64,000 bases of DNA, taken from the NCBI RefSeq assembly GCF_035084215.1, contig NW_027139559.1:2418001-2482000 (forward strand). The letters are read 5' to 3'. A model generated the notes under the pieces. It saw only the letters and a list, made by a program, of their open reading frames with translations. It searched no databases and had not been told where the DNA came from. This document shows, in pieces, positions 40,076-50,767 of the stretch (the first letter of the stretch is position 1; each line of letters opens with the position of its first letter). This stretch comes from Heptranchias perlo. Taxonomy: Eukaryota. A program made the position numbers and the translations under genes.

Positions 40076-40108
40076 ATGCAAATAAGCTCACGCTCTCGCG
40101 ATTTAAAA
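40076..40108 (+). promoter_or_regulatory. IgNAR V promoter: octamer plus TATA-like box
   Basis: Perfect ATGCAAAT at 40076-40083 (IgH orientation) and ATTTAAAA at 40101-40108, ~95-125 bp upstream of the leader ATG. Confidence 0.75.
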
Positions 40109-40202
40109 GGACGGTGCTCAGATACACACGGTTACACAGCACAGTCGGTGTTGAGGTCTGTAGTTGACCCTGTTTAAAGTATTCACTGCTGGTGAAGAAA
40201 CA

Positions 40203-40245
40203 ATGAATATTTTCTGGGTTTCGGTCCTTTTAGCCTGGTTACCGA
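40203..40245 (+). CDS. IgNAR: IgNAR leader exon (MNIFWVSVLLAWLP)
   Basis: Typical IgNAR signal peptide; phase-1 donor A|GTAAG at 40246. Confidence 0.95.
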
Positions 40246-40386
40246 GTAAGTGCAGTATTTTTAAAGAGATTAAATGTTCATTGGATAAAACTGAGCGGCT
40301 GCGTCTAAATTGTGGAAATGTCCTTGATTTTAACTCTTGTATTGTTTCAGAGACGTGATGTATTAAATATATTTTTCTTCATTCAG

Positions 40387-40658
40387 ATGCCTTCGGTATA
40401 AGAGTGGACCAAACACCAAGAACTGCCACAAAAGAGGCAGGCGAATCCCTGAACATCAACTGCGTCTTAACTGATACTAACTGTGGGTTGCACAGCACAT
40501 GATGGTTCCGGCAATATCCGGGTACAAAAGATTGGGTTCGCATATCCATTGGCGGACGATTTGTCGAATCAGTCAACAAGGGAGCAAAGTCTTTTTCTCT
40601 GCGAATCAACGATCTGACAGCTGAAGACAGCGCCACTTATTACTGCAAAGCTGAGATC
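40387..40658 (+). pseudogene. IgNAR: IgNAR V (VNAR) exon, type-II-like (CDR1 Cys), with one in-frame stop
   Basis: After acceptor TTCAG it reads (N)[89 protein letters not shown]. Canonical Cys at 40461 and 40644, extra Cys at 40482, no CDR2 strands, TGA at 40500-40502. Confidence 0.95.
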
Positions 40659-40696
40659 CACAGCAATGAGTCTGAGCTTTCACCAATACAAAAACA
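40659..40696 (+). other. V 3' RSS (23-class, 22-bp spacer)
   Basis: CACAGCA, 22 bp, ACAAAAACA. Confidence 0.9.
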
Positions 40697-40893
40697 CCTT
40701 CTAACCTCCCGTGGAAGAAAATACGGATCGTTCCGCTTTTTTCACCGAACCTTTCACTGCGCAGCCGCTGATTCCTGTCTGAGACTGGGGGAGGTTTGTA
40801 AATAACTGGTGACAATGTCCGCAGCAGAGAACCCGGCACGGAACAGTTGGATATGCAGCGCGGCTGTTCTCCTTACAGTTACGCAGGTGAACC

Positions 40894-40972
40894 TTTTTTT
40901 GCACTGGGTTGTACCACTGTGTAGTATGGGAGCCACAGCAATCGAGGAGACGGTTCCTGTAATGCACAAACT
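40894..40972 (+). other. IgNAR D1 (TAGTATGGGAGC, 40922-40933) with 12-RSS and 23-RSS
   Basis: TTTTTTTGC-12-CACTGTG | D | CACAGCA-23-GCACAAACT. Confidence 0.9.
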
Positions 40973-41160
40973 ATCAGCATACTTTGTTACGGGAACAAGA
41001 GCATTATTTATCTGTTGCTTAATTAGGAAGCGTAGATACTCAATATTTTAGATGGACAACGCTCCTGGTTATAAAAATCGCTGACATGAAGTATTGTGGC
41101 AGGGATGTGGTTTGCAGTATGGGTCTTGACCTGAGGCTCTTGCATTAATTCACATGGCAC

Positions 41161-41239
41161 CTTTTTTGCACTGGTCTCTATGACTGTGTGACTTGGTGTA
41201 CCACAGCAATGAATCTTGGATTCCCGTCACACATAAACT
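41161..41239 (+). other. IgNAR D2 (TGACTTGGTGTAC, 41189-41201) with 12-RSS and 22-RSS
   Basis: CTTTTTTGC-12-GACTGTG | D | CACAGCA-22-ACATAAACT. Confidence 0.9.
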
Positions 41240-41554
41240 GTACCCAAACCTCTTAATACAAAATTAATACAGGTTATTCTCCAGATGGCTGAAAACTTCA
41301 CGGTCAAATACTCACTGTCTCTGTCAGACACTGGCCGATATATTAAAACCTTCTGTCCATTAATTTAGGTAATTGTTGTAGAAATGTTTTAATCATACTC
41401 ATAATGGAACATTGATATTTTTCCAGGATTGGTATTAAGTGACTGAGGATTCTATATGTCTACTGGGATCCCAATGTAAAGGCAATGATTTGAATTACTT
41501 TCAATCAATATCTTGGACTATCTGAAGGGATTTCTGTGATGTTTTTAACAATGG

Positions 41555-41622
41555 ATTTCTTGTGCTGATCTGAAACGATGTGTTGCTGGAGTGACACAGA
41601 GACTCGGGCCACGGCACAAACC
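41555..41622 (+). other. IgNAR D3 (TTGCTGGAGTGA, 41583-41594) with 12-RSS on both sides
   Basis: ATTTCTTGT-12-CGATGTG | D | CACAGAG-12-GCACAAACC. Confidence 0.85.
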
Positions 41623-41935
41623 TCTCCAACAGTTATTTGTTTTACAACTCGTGAAGGTGGCTGCATAATGTGCTTTCTACCTTATGGTTGTTACTGCTAT
41701 GAGTTTGAAATCAATTCCAATTCGACCTTTGGTTATAATCGAGCTGAATTCCATGACATTAAATCAATGTCTTGTCTTTTTCAGTGCTACAGGAGTTCGC
41801 ATTGCACATAGTAAATATCTGGATGGACAAAAACTGACGGAAAATGAAGATGGATTAATGGCTGCAGTGGATGGGAAAGGTCCTTGGAGCCGTGTTGTTT
41901 TGGTGTATTTATTACCGCACCAAAGTTTCAATGAC

Positions 41936-42025
41936 CCTTTTTGAACGAGGCTGACTGGGAGCTGAATGACTGTGGCTATTACTATTACTATGATGGAGCT
42001 GGCACCGTGCTGACTATCAACTCTG
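41936..42025 (+). CDS. IgNAR: IgNAR J segment (41975-42025; YYYYYDGAGTVLTINS) with 5' 23-RSS
   Basis: CCTTTTTGA-23-GACTGTG followed by the IgNAR-type DGAGTVLT motif; donor G|GTAAG at 42026. Confidence 0.95.
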
Positions 42026-42764
42026 GTAAGTGACATCTCTTGCTACTTTATCACTAAGATTTTTTCATAGAAGATATGTAGAATTAGCATTCTCGTTAAA
42101 TTTCTCTTAAGCGCACAGGGCAATAGCCGAAGCTGTTTTTGGAGGTTCGCTTAGGTTCGCTGTCAGTTTATTTGGTTTAAACTTAAAATTATTTTTCAAA
42201 AGAGATTTTGCTCGAGAATGAAACGAGCCTATGTTTAAATACATAACGAACCTCAAAACGAACATATATTTAAATAAATAACAAACCTATATTTAAATAT
42301 ATAATAAACCTATGTTTAAATATATAACGAACCTGTAAACAAGCCTGTATTTAAATATATAACTTACCAACTATGGATCATTTAAGATGCTGATTTGAAT
42401 AGTTATGAATCTCACCGGTGTGATAGTTTAAATAGTTAAAACGCAACCAGCCTAGTGCCGTTACTCTCCTTACTGAGGCGGCCCAGCATATTCATGATAT
42501 ACAGTATTTCTCATTCAAAGAATTTATACAATTCTGGGGCGAGGACAGTTTGCTGCAAACAAGGAATTAATTCAACGTGTGATTAATAAAATACTGAGAA
42601 CGAATTCCTTTCCCCCTCTAAAATCAGCCCTTATTCAATAAAAAAACTGATAAATTAATTCCGGTACCGAACCTTTAAATATATTGTCTATTCGTATCTT
42701 GACATCTGTGACTCTCGTTTAATGCGCATGTGTCACAGTGACCTGGAAAGAAAAGGAAATGATT

Positions 42765-43048
42765 GGGGGTGAAATTGATCTGATCGAGCAGCGCGGAACG
42801 GGCGATAGCAAATCGGCCGCCGGTATACACTGCGTCAGATTTACCTTGACATTGACTTGGAGAATATTGCGAATATTCCGAAGATCAAACCAAGTAAAAC
42901 GGACAGTGAAACTACCCGAATCTCCAAAAAGAGCTCGAACTATCGTTCTGTGAAATTGAGTGGAAAGAAGGTCGAGCGCGGTGTAAAACAGGCCGGCGAT
43001 TCGCTCGGAGCCCATGTCGCGTTTCTGGCGGAGACCAATTTCACCCCC
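42765..43048. mobile_element. MITE-like element with ~17-bp terminal inverted repeats (possibly PIF/Harbinger-type)
   Basis: GGGGGTGAAATTGATCT at the left end and AGACCAATTTCACCCCC at the right end; AT-rich flanks; no clean TSD. Confidence 0.55.
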
Positions 43049-43729
43049 TATACTGTAGGTCTGTGGGAGGCCTGTTTCCATGGAAGCCAGTCTCCTGGAC
43101 ACTCGTATTTCAGACAACAGAAACGCTCTGTGTTTAAGATTGTGCCGAGTAGCAGAGAACATTGAAACTGCGGTAGGTTTGAGTGTGATAATTGAAATTC
43201 TCTTTTAATATCCATGTATAGAAATAAAGTAAACGGTCACTTCATTATTTTATGCCTCGGGGAGAATCGTGAAGTCTTTGACTCACTGTTTATACATTTT
43301 ACTGTCAGTTTACTTATTTTAATTCAAGAAACAATGTGTTTGTTTGGAACCTGAGTGTTGGTCTGATAGACTGGATATTCAGTCAGCATTTCGAAGAGAG
43401 GAGAATCCCAGAGCTGATGTGCAGAGTAAGGGGGATGTTTTTGCCATCCCATGGTCTGGATATCGCTTGCCTGGAGATTGTACAGGTTAAGCCTCGGTGC
43501 AGATGATGGGAGGGGCGGGTCCTCATACATGAGTACCAAGCGACACTGAATCCGAGAAAATATTTACCTTAAAGATCCTGAAACGTTAAACTCGATCGAC
43601 ACAATCCCACCAAATATTCCCTGGTCAGGTAGAATATAGGTAGAAAAGAGGAATGAACTTGCGTTTATAAACGCATCTTTATTGCAAAGCGCTTTATTGC
43701 CGATGAATTTATCGAGTTAACCCCCCTCG

Positions 43730-44130
43730 ACACTGTATCATGTAACACTCCCAGTTCAGGAGCAGTGGGGGTCAGATAGAGGGTACAGCTCCCTCCATAC
43801 TGTCCCACAAAACACTCCCAGTGCAAGTACAGCACAGGATAGATAAACAGTAAAGCTCCCTCTACGCTGTTAAAACCAATGGTCCGAGGGCAGGTACCGC
43901 ACAGGTTTAGATACAGAGTAAACCTCCCTCTCCATTGACCCATAAAACACTCCCACCGCTGGTACAGAGTTAGATACAGAGCAAGGCTCCCGCTACACTG
44001 TCATATCAAACACTTCCATGGCAGTTACAGCACGGGTTAGATACGGAGTTGCGCTCCCTCTACACTCTCCCATTAAATACTCCCAGGGCAGGTACAGCTC
44101 TGGTTAGATAGAGGGTAAAGCTGCTCTACA
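43730..44130. repeat. ~65-bp tandem repeat in the J-C intron (~6 units)
   Basis: Unit ACACTCCCAGGGCAGGTACAGCACGGGTTAGATACAGAGTAAAGCTCCCTCTACACTGTCCCATCAA, degenerate. Confidence 0.8.
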
Positions 44131-45539
44131 CTCTATCCGCAGGAGAAGGTAGATTTCCAACCTTACCGGATACCAGAGCAGCTCACCAGAATGACCCCTG
44201 ACATGGAACCTTAGAAAATATCCAGCATAAAGCTCCCAAAATGTGGCAGCCAGTAACATTAGAGAATACTGTTTATGAACGGGAGCAATGAGATGCAGAT
44301 TGTACTAGAAACAGTGGTGAATAGAAGGGTTTCATCGCAGACATAGAACACCGCACTTATCGAAAGGAAAAACCTTCTCAGAAAAGAAGAATGTGCGCGG
44401 GCAGAAACTCCGATTGGTTCCTTTACACAGATCCATGCAAATTGTTCTCCCATGAATTCCCTCCCAAAACAACTGCTACTCCCCAGTTTAAATAATCCTA
44501 AATCTTATACCTTTCTCCACCGAAATCGCAGGACCATCCACTTAATCTGTCCGTTGCACTAAACCAGATGTTAACTGGTTTATTAAAAACGGGCCCTGTA
44601 GTAGGAGAGTGAACTGAGGAAACTCAAACGTTAATCGTGGTGCCCTGAGACGGCCCACAATGATGTTTAAGGTTAATATCCTTCCTTGCCTCCTCTGAGT
44701 GAAAAAAAGGAATAAAGCAATGGTATTAATATCTCTGTCAGTGGTATTCACTCTCCCACTATCATCGGGAGATATTTATATATAATCTGCCAATTTACAC
44801 AAGGATGGCGCATTTAGTACTTGCATTCTGTCGTCGTTGTCCCGATAAATAACTTGTTCACTTCCACCTCGTAGTCTCGTTAAATCATGTTTCATTGTTT
44901 CAAAGATGTGTATCATTGTTTTTCACTTTTGTAAAGCATCTGAAGTTGTCCTTTGAGATTTCTCTCTTTCTCTCTGACTTATTCACTTTTTCAGCAGCTA
45001 TTATTTTCAAGGCTCTTATCGGAATCCAGCCCAACCCTGCCTATCATAGAATCATAGAATGATACAGCACAAAAGGAGGCCATTCGGCCCATCGGGCCTC
45101 TGCCGGATCTTTAAAGCCAGCCAATTCGTCCCACTCCCCTACTCTTTCCACATAGCACTGCAAATGCTTTCACTGCAATTAATGATCAAATTCCCTTATG
45201 AAAGTTATTGTTGAATCTGCTTCAACCACCTGTTCAAGCAGTGAATTCCAGATCATTACAATTAGCTGCTTAAAAAAATCTCCTCATCTCGCCTCCGGTT
45301 GTTTTGCCAATGACCTTAAATCTGTGTCCTCTGGTTACCGATCCGCCTGCCACTGGAAACAGTGTTTCCTTATTTACCCTTTCGAAACCTTTCATGATTT
45401 TCAACACCTCGATTAAATCTCCCCTTAACCTTTTCTGCTTTAAGGAGAACATGGTGTGGAGATGCCGGTGATGGACTGGGGTTGACAATTGCAAACAATT
45501 TTACAACACCAAGTTATAGTCCAACAAATTTATTTTAAA

Positions 45540-45580
45540 TTCCACAAGCTTTCGGAGGCTTCCTCCTTCCTCAGGTGAAT
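45540..45580 (-). ncRNA. Minimal hammerhead ribozyme motif (antisense arm copy)
   Basis: Minus strand TTCAC-CTGAGGA-A-GGAGG-AAG-CCTCC-GAAA-GCTT-GTGGA. Confidence 0.65.
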
Positions 45581-45815
45581 GGTGAATTGTGGCTGCCAAG
45601 ATAGGAAATTGGCTAAGGGACAGAAAGCTGAGAGCTACGGTAAACGGTTGATTTACAGACTGGAGGGATGTTCACAGTGGTGTTCTCCAGGGGTCGGTAT
45701 TAGGAGCACTGCTCTTTTTGATATATATTAATGACCTGGATGGGTATAACAGACATAATTTCAAAATTTGCAGATGACACGAAGCTCGGAAATGTAGTTA
45801 TCAATGGTCCACACC

Positions 45816-45856
45816 ATTCACCTGATGAAGGAGGAAGCCTCCGAAAGCTTGTGGAA
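45816..45856 (+). ncRNA. Minimal type-I hammerhead ribozyme motif (Penelope-type)
   Basis: TTCAC-CTGATGA-A-GGAGG-AAG-CCTCC-GAAA-GCTT-GTGGA: core CUGANGA/GAAA, 5-bp stem II, palindromic AAGCTT stem III, stem I CAC/GTG. Confidence 0.7.
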
Positions 45857-47099
45857 TTTAAAATAAATTTGTTGGACTATAACTTGGTGTTGTAAAATTG
45901 GTTACAATTAAGGAGAACAACCCGAGCTTCTCTCGTTTCTCCAGGTAACTTAAATCCCGCATTCCTGGTACCTGGTAAATCTCCTCTGCACCCTCTCTAA
46001 GGCCTTGATATCCATCTTAAAGTGTGGTTCCCAGAAATCGACACAATACTCCAGCTGTGGCCCAACCAGTGATTTCTGAAGGTTTAGCATAACTTCCTTG
46101 CTTTTGTACTCTGTGCTTCTATTAAAAAAAGCCTGGGATCCCATCTGCTTGTTTGACAACCTTCTTAACTTGGCGTGCTACCTTCGAAGATTTGTGTACA
46201 TATACCTCGAGGTCTCTCTGGTCCTGCACCCCCGTTAACATTGTACCAGTTTGTATATGTTGTCTGTCCTTATTCTTCCGATCAAAATGCATCACTTCCA
46301 ACTCACTGAGCGAAATTTAATTTGCCACGTGTTTGCCCATTTCATCAGTCTGTCTATGTCCTCCTAAAGTCTGTGAATATCCTCCACATTGATTACCCAT
46401 CCAGGTCATTAATATATATCAAAAAGAGCAGTGCTCCTAATACCGACCCCTGGAGAACACCACTGTATACTTCCCTCCAGTCTGAAAATCAACCGTTTAA
46501 CGTAGCTCTCTGCTATCTGTCCCTTAGCCAATTTCCTATCTTGGCAGCTACAATTCCTTTGATGCGATGGGCTTCAATTGTCTTATGCTATGTTCCTTTC
46601 ATACTTAAAGTATATCTATTTGATTGTCTTTCTCACGATAAGACATTCAGAGCGCGAAACCTCTCTGGCCCACAGCACATATTGCGAATTTGGGTAGATG
46701 CTTCAGAATGATTCATCATCTATTCATTTTAGCCATTGGCAAATTTTGAGGAGCACATTCCCGAAAGGCTGGAGCCTGATTTTAATAGATTAGACCCAGC
46801 CTTCTGATCTTCCCTGAAAACAATGTGCTCTGCATCTCACTGTGCTTCTTTCTAACCAACGTGAAACGGCGCTCTCCCAGCGGCTGGTTTTCAGTCCATT
46901 GAAATTTGGATTCAGGGATTTTGGAAATGTTATTCAGGAAGGTGTGGAGAGTATTTCTCGGAAGTTCCTTGGATAAGTATAAATACTAAGAGTAAAGTTA
47001 ACAAGTGGAAACAACTAACCTAAAGATGGGATTAGGTTCGAGATGTGAAAGGAAATCTTCTCCAGCAAGATGAAAGAATCGCAGAGATATGAGACAAGG

Positions 47100-49650
47100 A
47101 TTTAGTCTCGGCTTCTACAGAAAAGTGTGACGGTGAGGTGCAATTAGATTGAATAATTAGAGATAAGTAAGGAGTGCTGAGAAAATTGGCGGAACTCATT
47201 CTATCCTAGAATGTTGAGGACAGACAAAAAGCAAATAGCAGATGCTCGGCCCTCAACCAATCAAACATCCTAGGATGTGGAACTTGTTTCAGAGGACCGA
47301 GGTAATATCTTTATCAAAGAAGAGAGAAAGGTTTACACAGGGTAAACGTGGGGCCGCCGGCTTACTGTCAGTGGTGGACCATCTTCTTTAGTCATATTAC
47401 TGGAGAAAATTAACATTCACTTGCAGAGACATCGTTTCATTAAAGAAAGCTAGCATGGATATGTAAACGGCAAGTTCTCTCAGACAAATTTAGTTCGACA
47501 GTTCTTCGAAGAACTCTACACATTTCCAGGTTCAGTTTTGGGCACTGCACCCAAGGAAGGATAGATTGGCCTTGGAGGGGGTGCAGCGCAGATTCACCAG
47601 AATAATACCGGGGCTAAAAGGGTTAAAATATGAGGCAATATTGCATGGACTAGGCTTGTATTCCCTTGATTAAAGAAGATTAATGGGTGATCGAATTAAT
47701 GTGTTGAATGTGATTAATAGATTTAATAGGGTAGATAGAGAGAAACTATTGTCTTTGTTGGGGGAATGCAGAACAAGAGGCATGACCTTAAAATTAATGC
47801 TAGGCCGTGTCAGGAGGTTGATACGATACCACATAATGGGTTTGTTAATCAAATAAAGTTGTTCATTTTCAATATTCGCAAAGGACTTTGCAGCGGAACC
47901 ACAACATTAAATTATCAAGGAATAAAAAAAAAGGAACAGTAGAGTATTCTACAGAACGATTAATAACGAAAGGACAGGGTTAGGGCCACAAAGGGAAACA
48001 TAAGATAAACTCATAGGTAATGGGCAGCGAAATGGCAGAAATATTGAATATTTATTTTGCCTCATTATTTACCAGGGAGATAAAAAGATAAAACAAAATA
48101 AGACATTTAAAATAGAAAGGGGGAGATAATTGATCAACTAATCAAGCATAGAGAGGATCAAACCCCCGGTCCGTATGGATTTCATCTGCTCATAATAAAA
48201 TAAGTTAGGGAAGAGGTAGCAGACGCACTATTACATGTACATAAAATTCATTAGAAAAGGGAATAGTGCCAGAAGACTGGTGGACGGCTAATGTGAAAAC
48301 TATATTTAAAAAAAGGAGATTAGAACAAGTCCAGGGAATTATAGACCAGTTAGCATAACGTCGGTGATAGGAAAGATAATGAAATCTTTGCTCAAAGATG
48401 TAATAGAAAAACATCTAGGAAACGAAAATATAATGAAGAATAGTCAGAAAGCAAAGACATGCTTGACCAACCTTACTGAATTGTTTGAAGAAGTAACAGG
48501 AAGGTTAGACAAGGGGTAATTTAGTAGATGGAATATGTTTGGATTTTCAAAAGGCATTCGATACTGTAGTGCATTGTAGATTCATCTGATGTCATAACAT
48601 GTGGAGTCAGGGAACAGGTAGCAGAATGGATAGCAAGCTGGCTACAAATTAGAAAACAGAGAGATTGGTTTAAGGGTAGCTGCTCAGAATGGCAGACGTT
48701 GGGAAGTGGCTTTTCACATGGATCAGTGCTCGGGCCACAGTTGCTGACAATTTCTATTAACAATTTGGACCGGGAATCAGGGGGTGTAGTTAATTCGAAG
48801 GAAGAATACGTCAGGTTGCAAGAAGACATTACTAAACTTGCAGAATGGGCGTGTAATTGGCAAATGAATTTCAATATATTTAATTGTGAAGTGGTGCATT
48901 TTGTTTGGGAGAATAAGCAGGACATATACTGCCTGGATAGAAAGAGTTAAAATGGGGTAGACGAGCAACGGGATCTCGGGGTACAGGTATACAAATCAGC
49001 AAAAGAGGCGACGCATGTTTATAAGCCCATAAAAAAGGCAAACCAAGCACTGGGTTCATTTCTAGAGGAATAGAATTGAAAAGGAGTGACGTTTAGTTAA
49101 ACTTTGCTTTTACCACACTTTGAGTACTGTGGACAGTTATGGTCTCCATATTATAAAAATATATAGAGGCATTGAAGAAGGTGTATCAAAAGATTCAGAA
49201 GGATGATTCCAGAACTGAGAGAACATACCTGTCAAGAAAGATTGAACAGGCTGGGGCTGTTTTTTTCTGGAAATTGAAAGGTTCAGGGTGACCTGATTGA
49301 GATCTTTTAGGTAATGAAAGTATTTGAAAGATTAATCGTAGAGAAAATGTTTCCATTTGTGGGGGAGTCCAAAATCAGACATCATAAATATAAGATTATC
49401 ACTAATAAATCCAATGGGTAATTCAGGAGAAACTTCATTCCCCAATGAGTGATAAGAATGTGGAACGCGCTACCACAAGGAGTATTTGAGCTAAATAGCA
49501 CAGATGCATTTGAATGGAAGCGAGATAAATACAGGAGGGAGAAAGGAATAGAAGGATATGCTGATGGGGTGAGATGAAGAAGGGAGGGGGGAGGCTCGTG
49601 TGAAGCATAAATTCAGACATAGACATGTTGGGCTGAATGGCCTGTTTCTC
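47100..49650 (+). mobile_element. Old CR1 ORF2/3'UTR remnants in the J-C intron
   Basis: NYRPVSITS, DFQKAFD, GSVLGPQL, WQMNFNI..CEVVHF and CR1 3'UTR; many stops. Confidence 0.8.
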
Positions 49651-49914
49651 TGCTGTAGTCACAATATTCCTCGATGATTTCAGCAACCTCAGACAGTTTA
49701 GTTGATTGGGCATGTAACACGCCACATGAACACAAAGAAAAGAGGTAACGCTAAATTTTAAAAATCATTGCTTTGGCCAAAGGTGAAGATTGTGTACAGT
49801 TTCGGTGCCTTAATTTACCTAGGATATCAAGGCCACGGAGAGGGTGCAGAAGAGAATCACCGAGATTATGCAAAGGATGAAAGGCTTCAGCTATGAGAAC
49901 AAAATAACAAATAC

Positions 49915-50690
49915 AACATGTATTTAGATAGCGTCTTTAACGGAGTAAAACGTCCCAAGGCGCTTCACAGGGACGTTAACAAACAAAATTTGTCATCGAG
50001 TCGCATAAGGGATATTGGGACAAATGAACAAAAGCCTTCTCAAAGAGAAAGATTTTAAGGAGCGTCTTAAAAATGAGAGAGGTAGAGAGGCGGAGAGGTT
50101 TAGCGAGACAATTCCAGAAATTAAGGCCTGGGCTGCTGAATGCACGGCCACCAATTGTGGGGCGATGGAAATCGGGGATGCGCAAGAGGCCAGAATTCAA
50201 GGATCGCAAAGATTTCGGAGGGTTGTCGGGCTGGAGACGGTTAAATAGATAGGGAGGGGCGAGGCTATGTAAGGATTTGACCACAAGGATGAGCATTTTA
50301 AGTTCGAGGTGTTGCTGGACTGGGAGACAATGTAGGTCAGTGAGCACAGGGTGACGGGTGAACGGGAGTTGGGGCGAGTTAGGATCCGATCAGCAGAGTT
50401 CTGTATGAGCTCATGTTGACGGAGAGTGGAAGGTGGGAGGCCGGCCAGGAGAGCATTGGAATTGTCGATGCAGAGGTAACAAAAACATGGATGAAGGTTT
50501 CAGCAGCAGATGGGCCGAGGCAGGGGCGGAGACTGGCGACGTGATGGACGTGGAAGTGGGCAGTCTGGTGATGGATTGGATACGGGGTCGGAAGCTCAGC
50601 TCAGTGTGAAATGGGACGTGGAGGTTTCGAGCGGTCTGGTTCAGTCCCAGACGGTGGCCAGGGAGGGTGATAGAGTCGGTGGGAAGGGAA
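49915..50690 (-). mobile_element. L2 LINE 3' fragment
   Basis: ORF 49976..50347(-): LH.LPV..., LAPPYL, GGRAFS..G...WN.L, FKTLLK..LF, typical of the L2 C-terminus. Confidence 0.8.
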
Positions 50691-50767
50691 TGGAGAGAAA
50701 CGTGGGCTATTTTCTTGAGAACCAGAAAGTGAAGAGGCAGTAAAATTGTAACTGTCTTTGATAAGCC

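Larger units (their letters stand above)
45452..45909. mobile_element. Non-autonomous Penelope-like element: inverted ~100-bp arms with hammerhead motifs, enclosing an inverted copy of local DNA; 10-bp TSD
   Basis: TSD AAGGAGAACA at 45442-45451 and 45910-45919. Arms ~45486-45584 and ~45811-45909 are reverse complements. The middle (45585-45806) is an inverted copy of 46387-46555. Confidence 0.8.
45045..46580 (-). mobile_element. CR1 RT-to-3' fragment, host of the Penelope-like insertion
   Basis: Antisense LRGDLIEVLKIMKG and GPQLEYCVDFWEPH; CATAGAATCATAGAAT tail at ~45045-45060. Confidence 0.85.

Noticed and set aside
40491-40530. CACAGCA inside V CDR1 as a cryptic RSS
   Set aside because: No acceptable nonamer at 12- or 22/23-bp spacing.
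40387-42025. Alternative identity as NAR-TCR or a germline-joined V gene
   Set aside because: It is followed by IgNAR C1-C5 rather than a TCR-delta V, and all segments are separate with intact RSSs.
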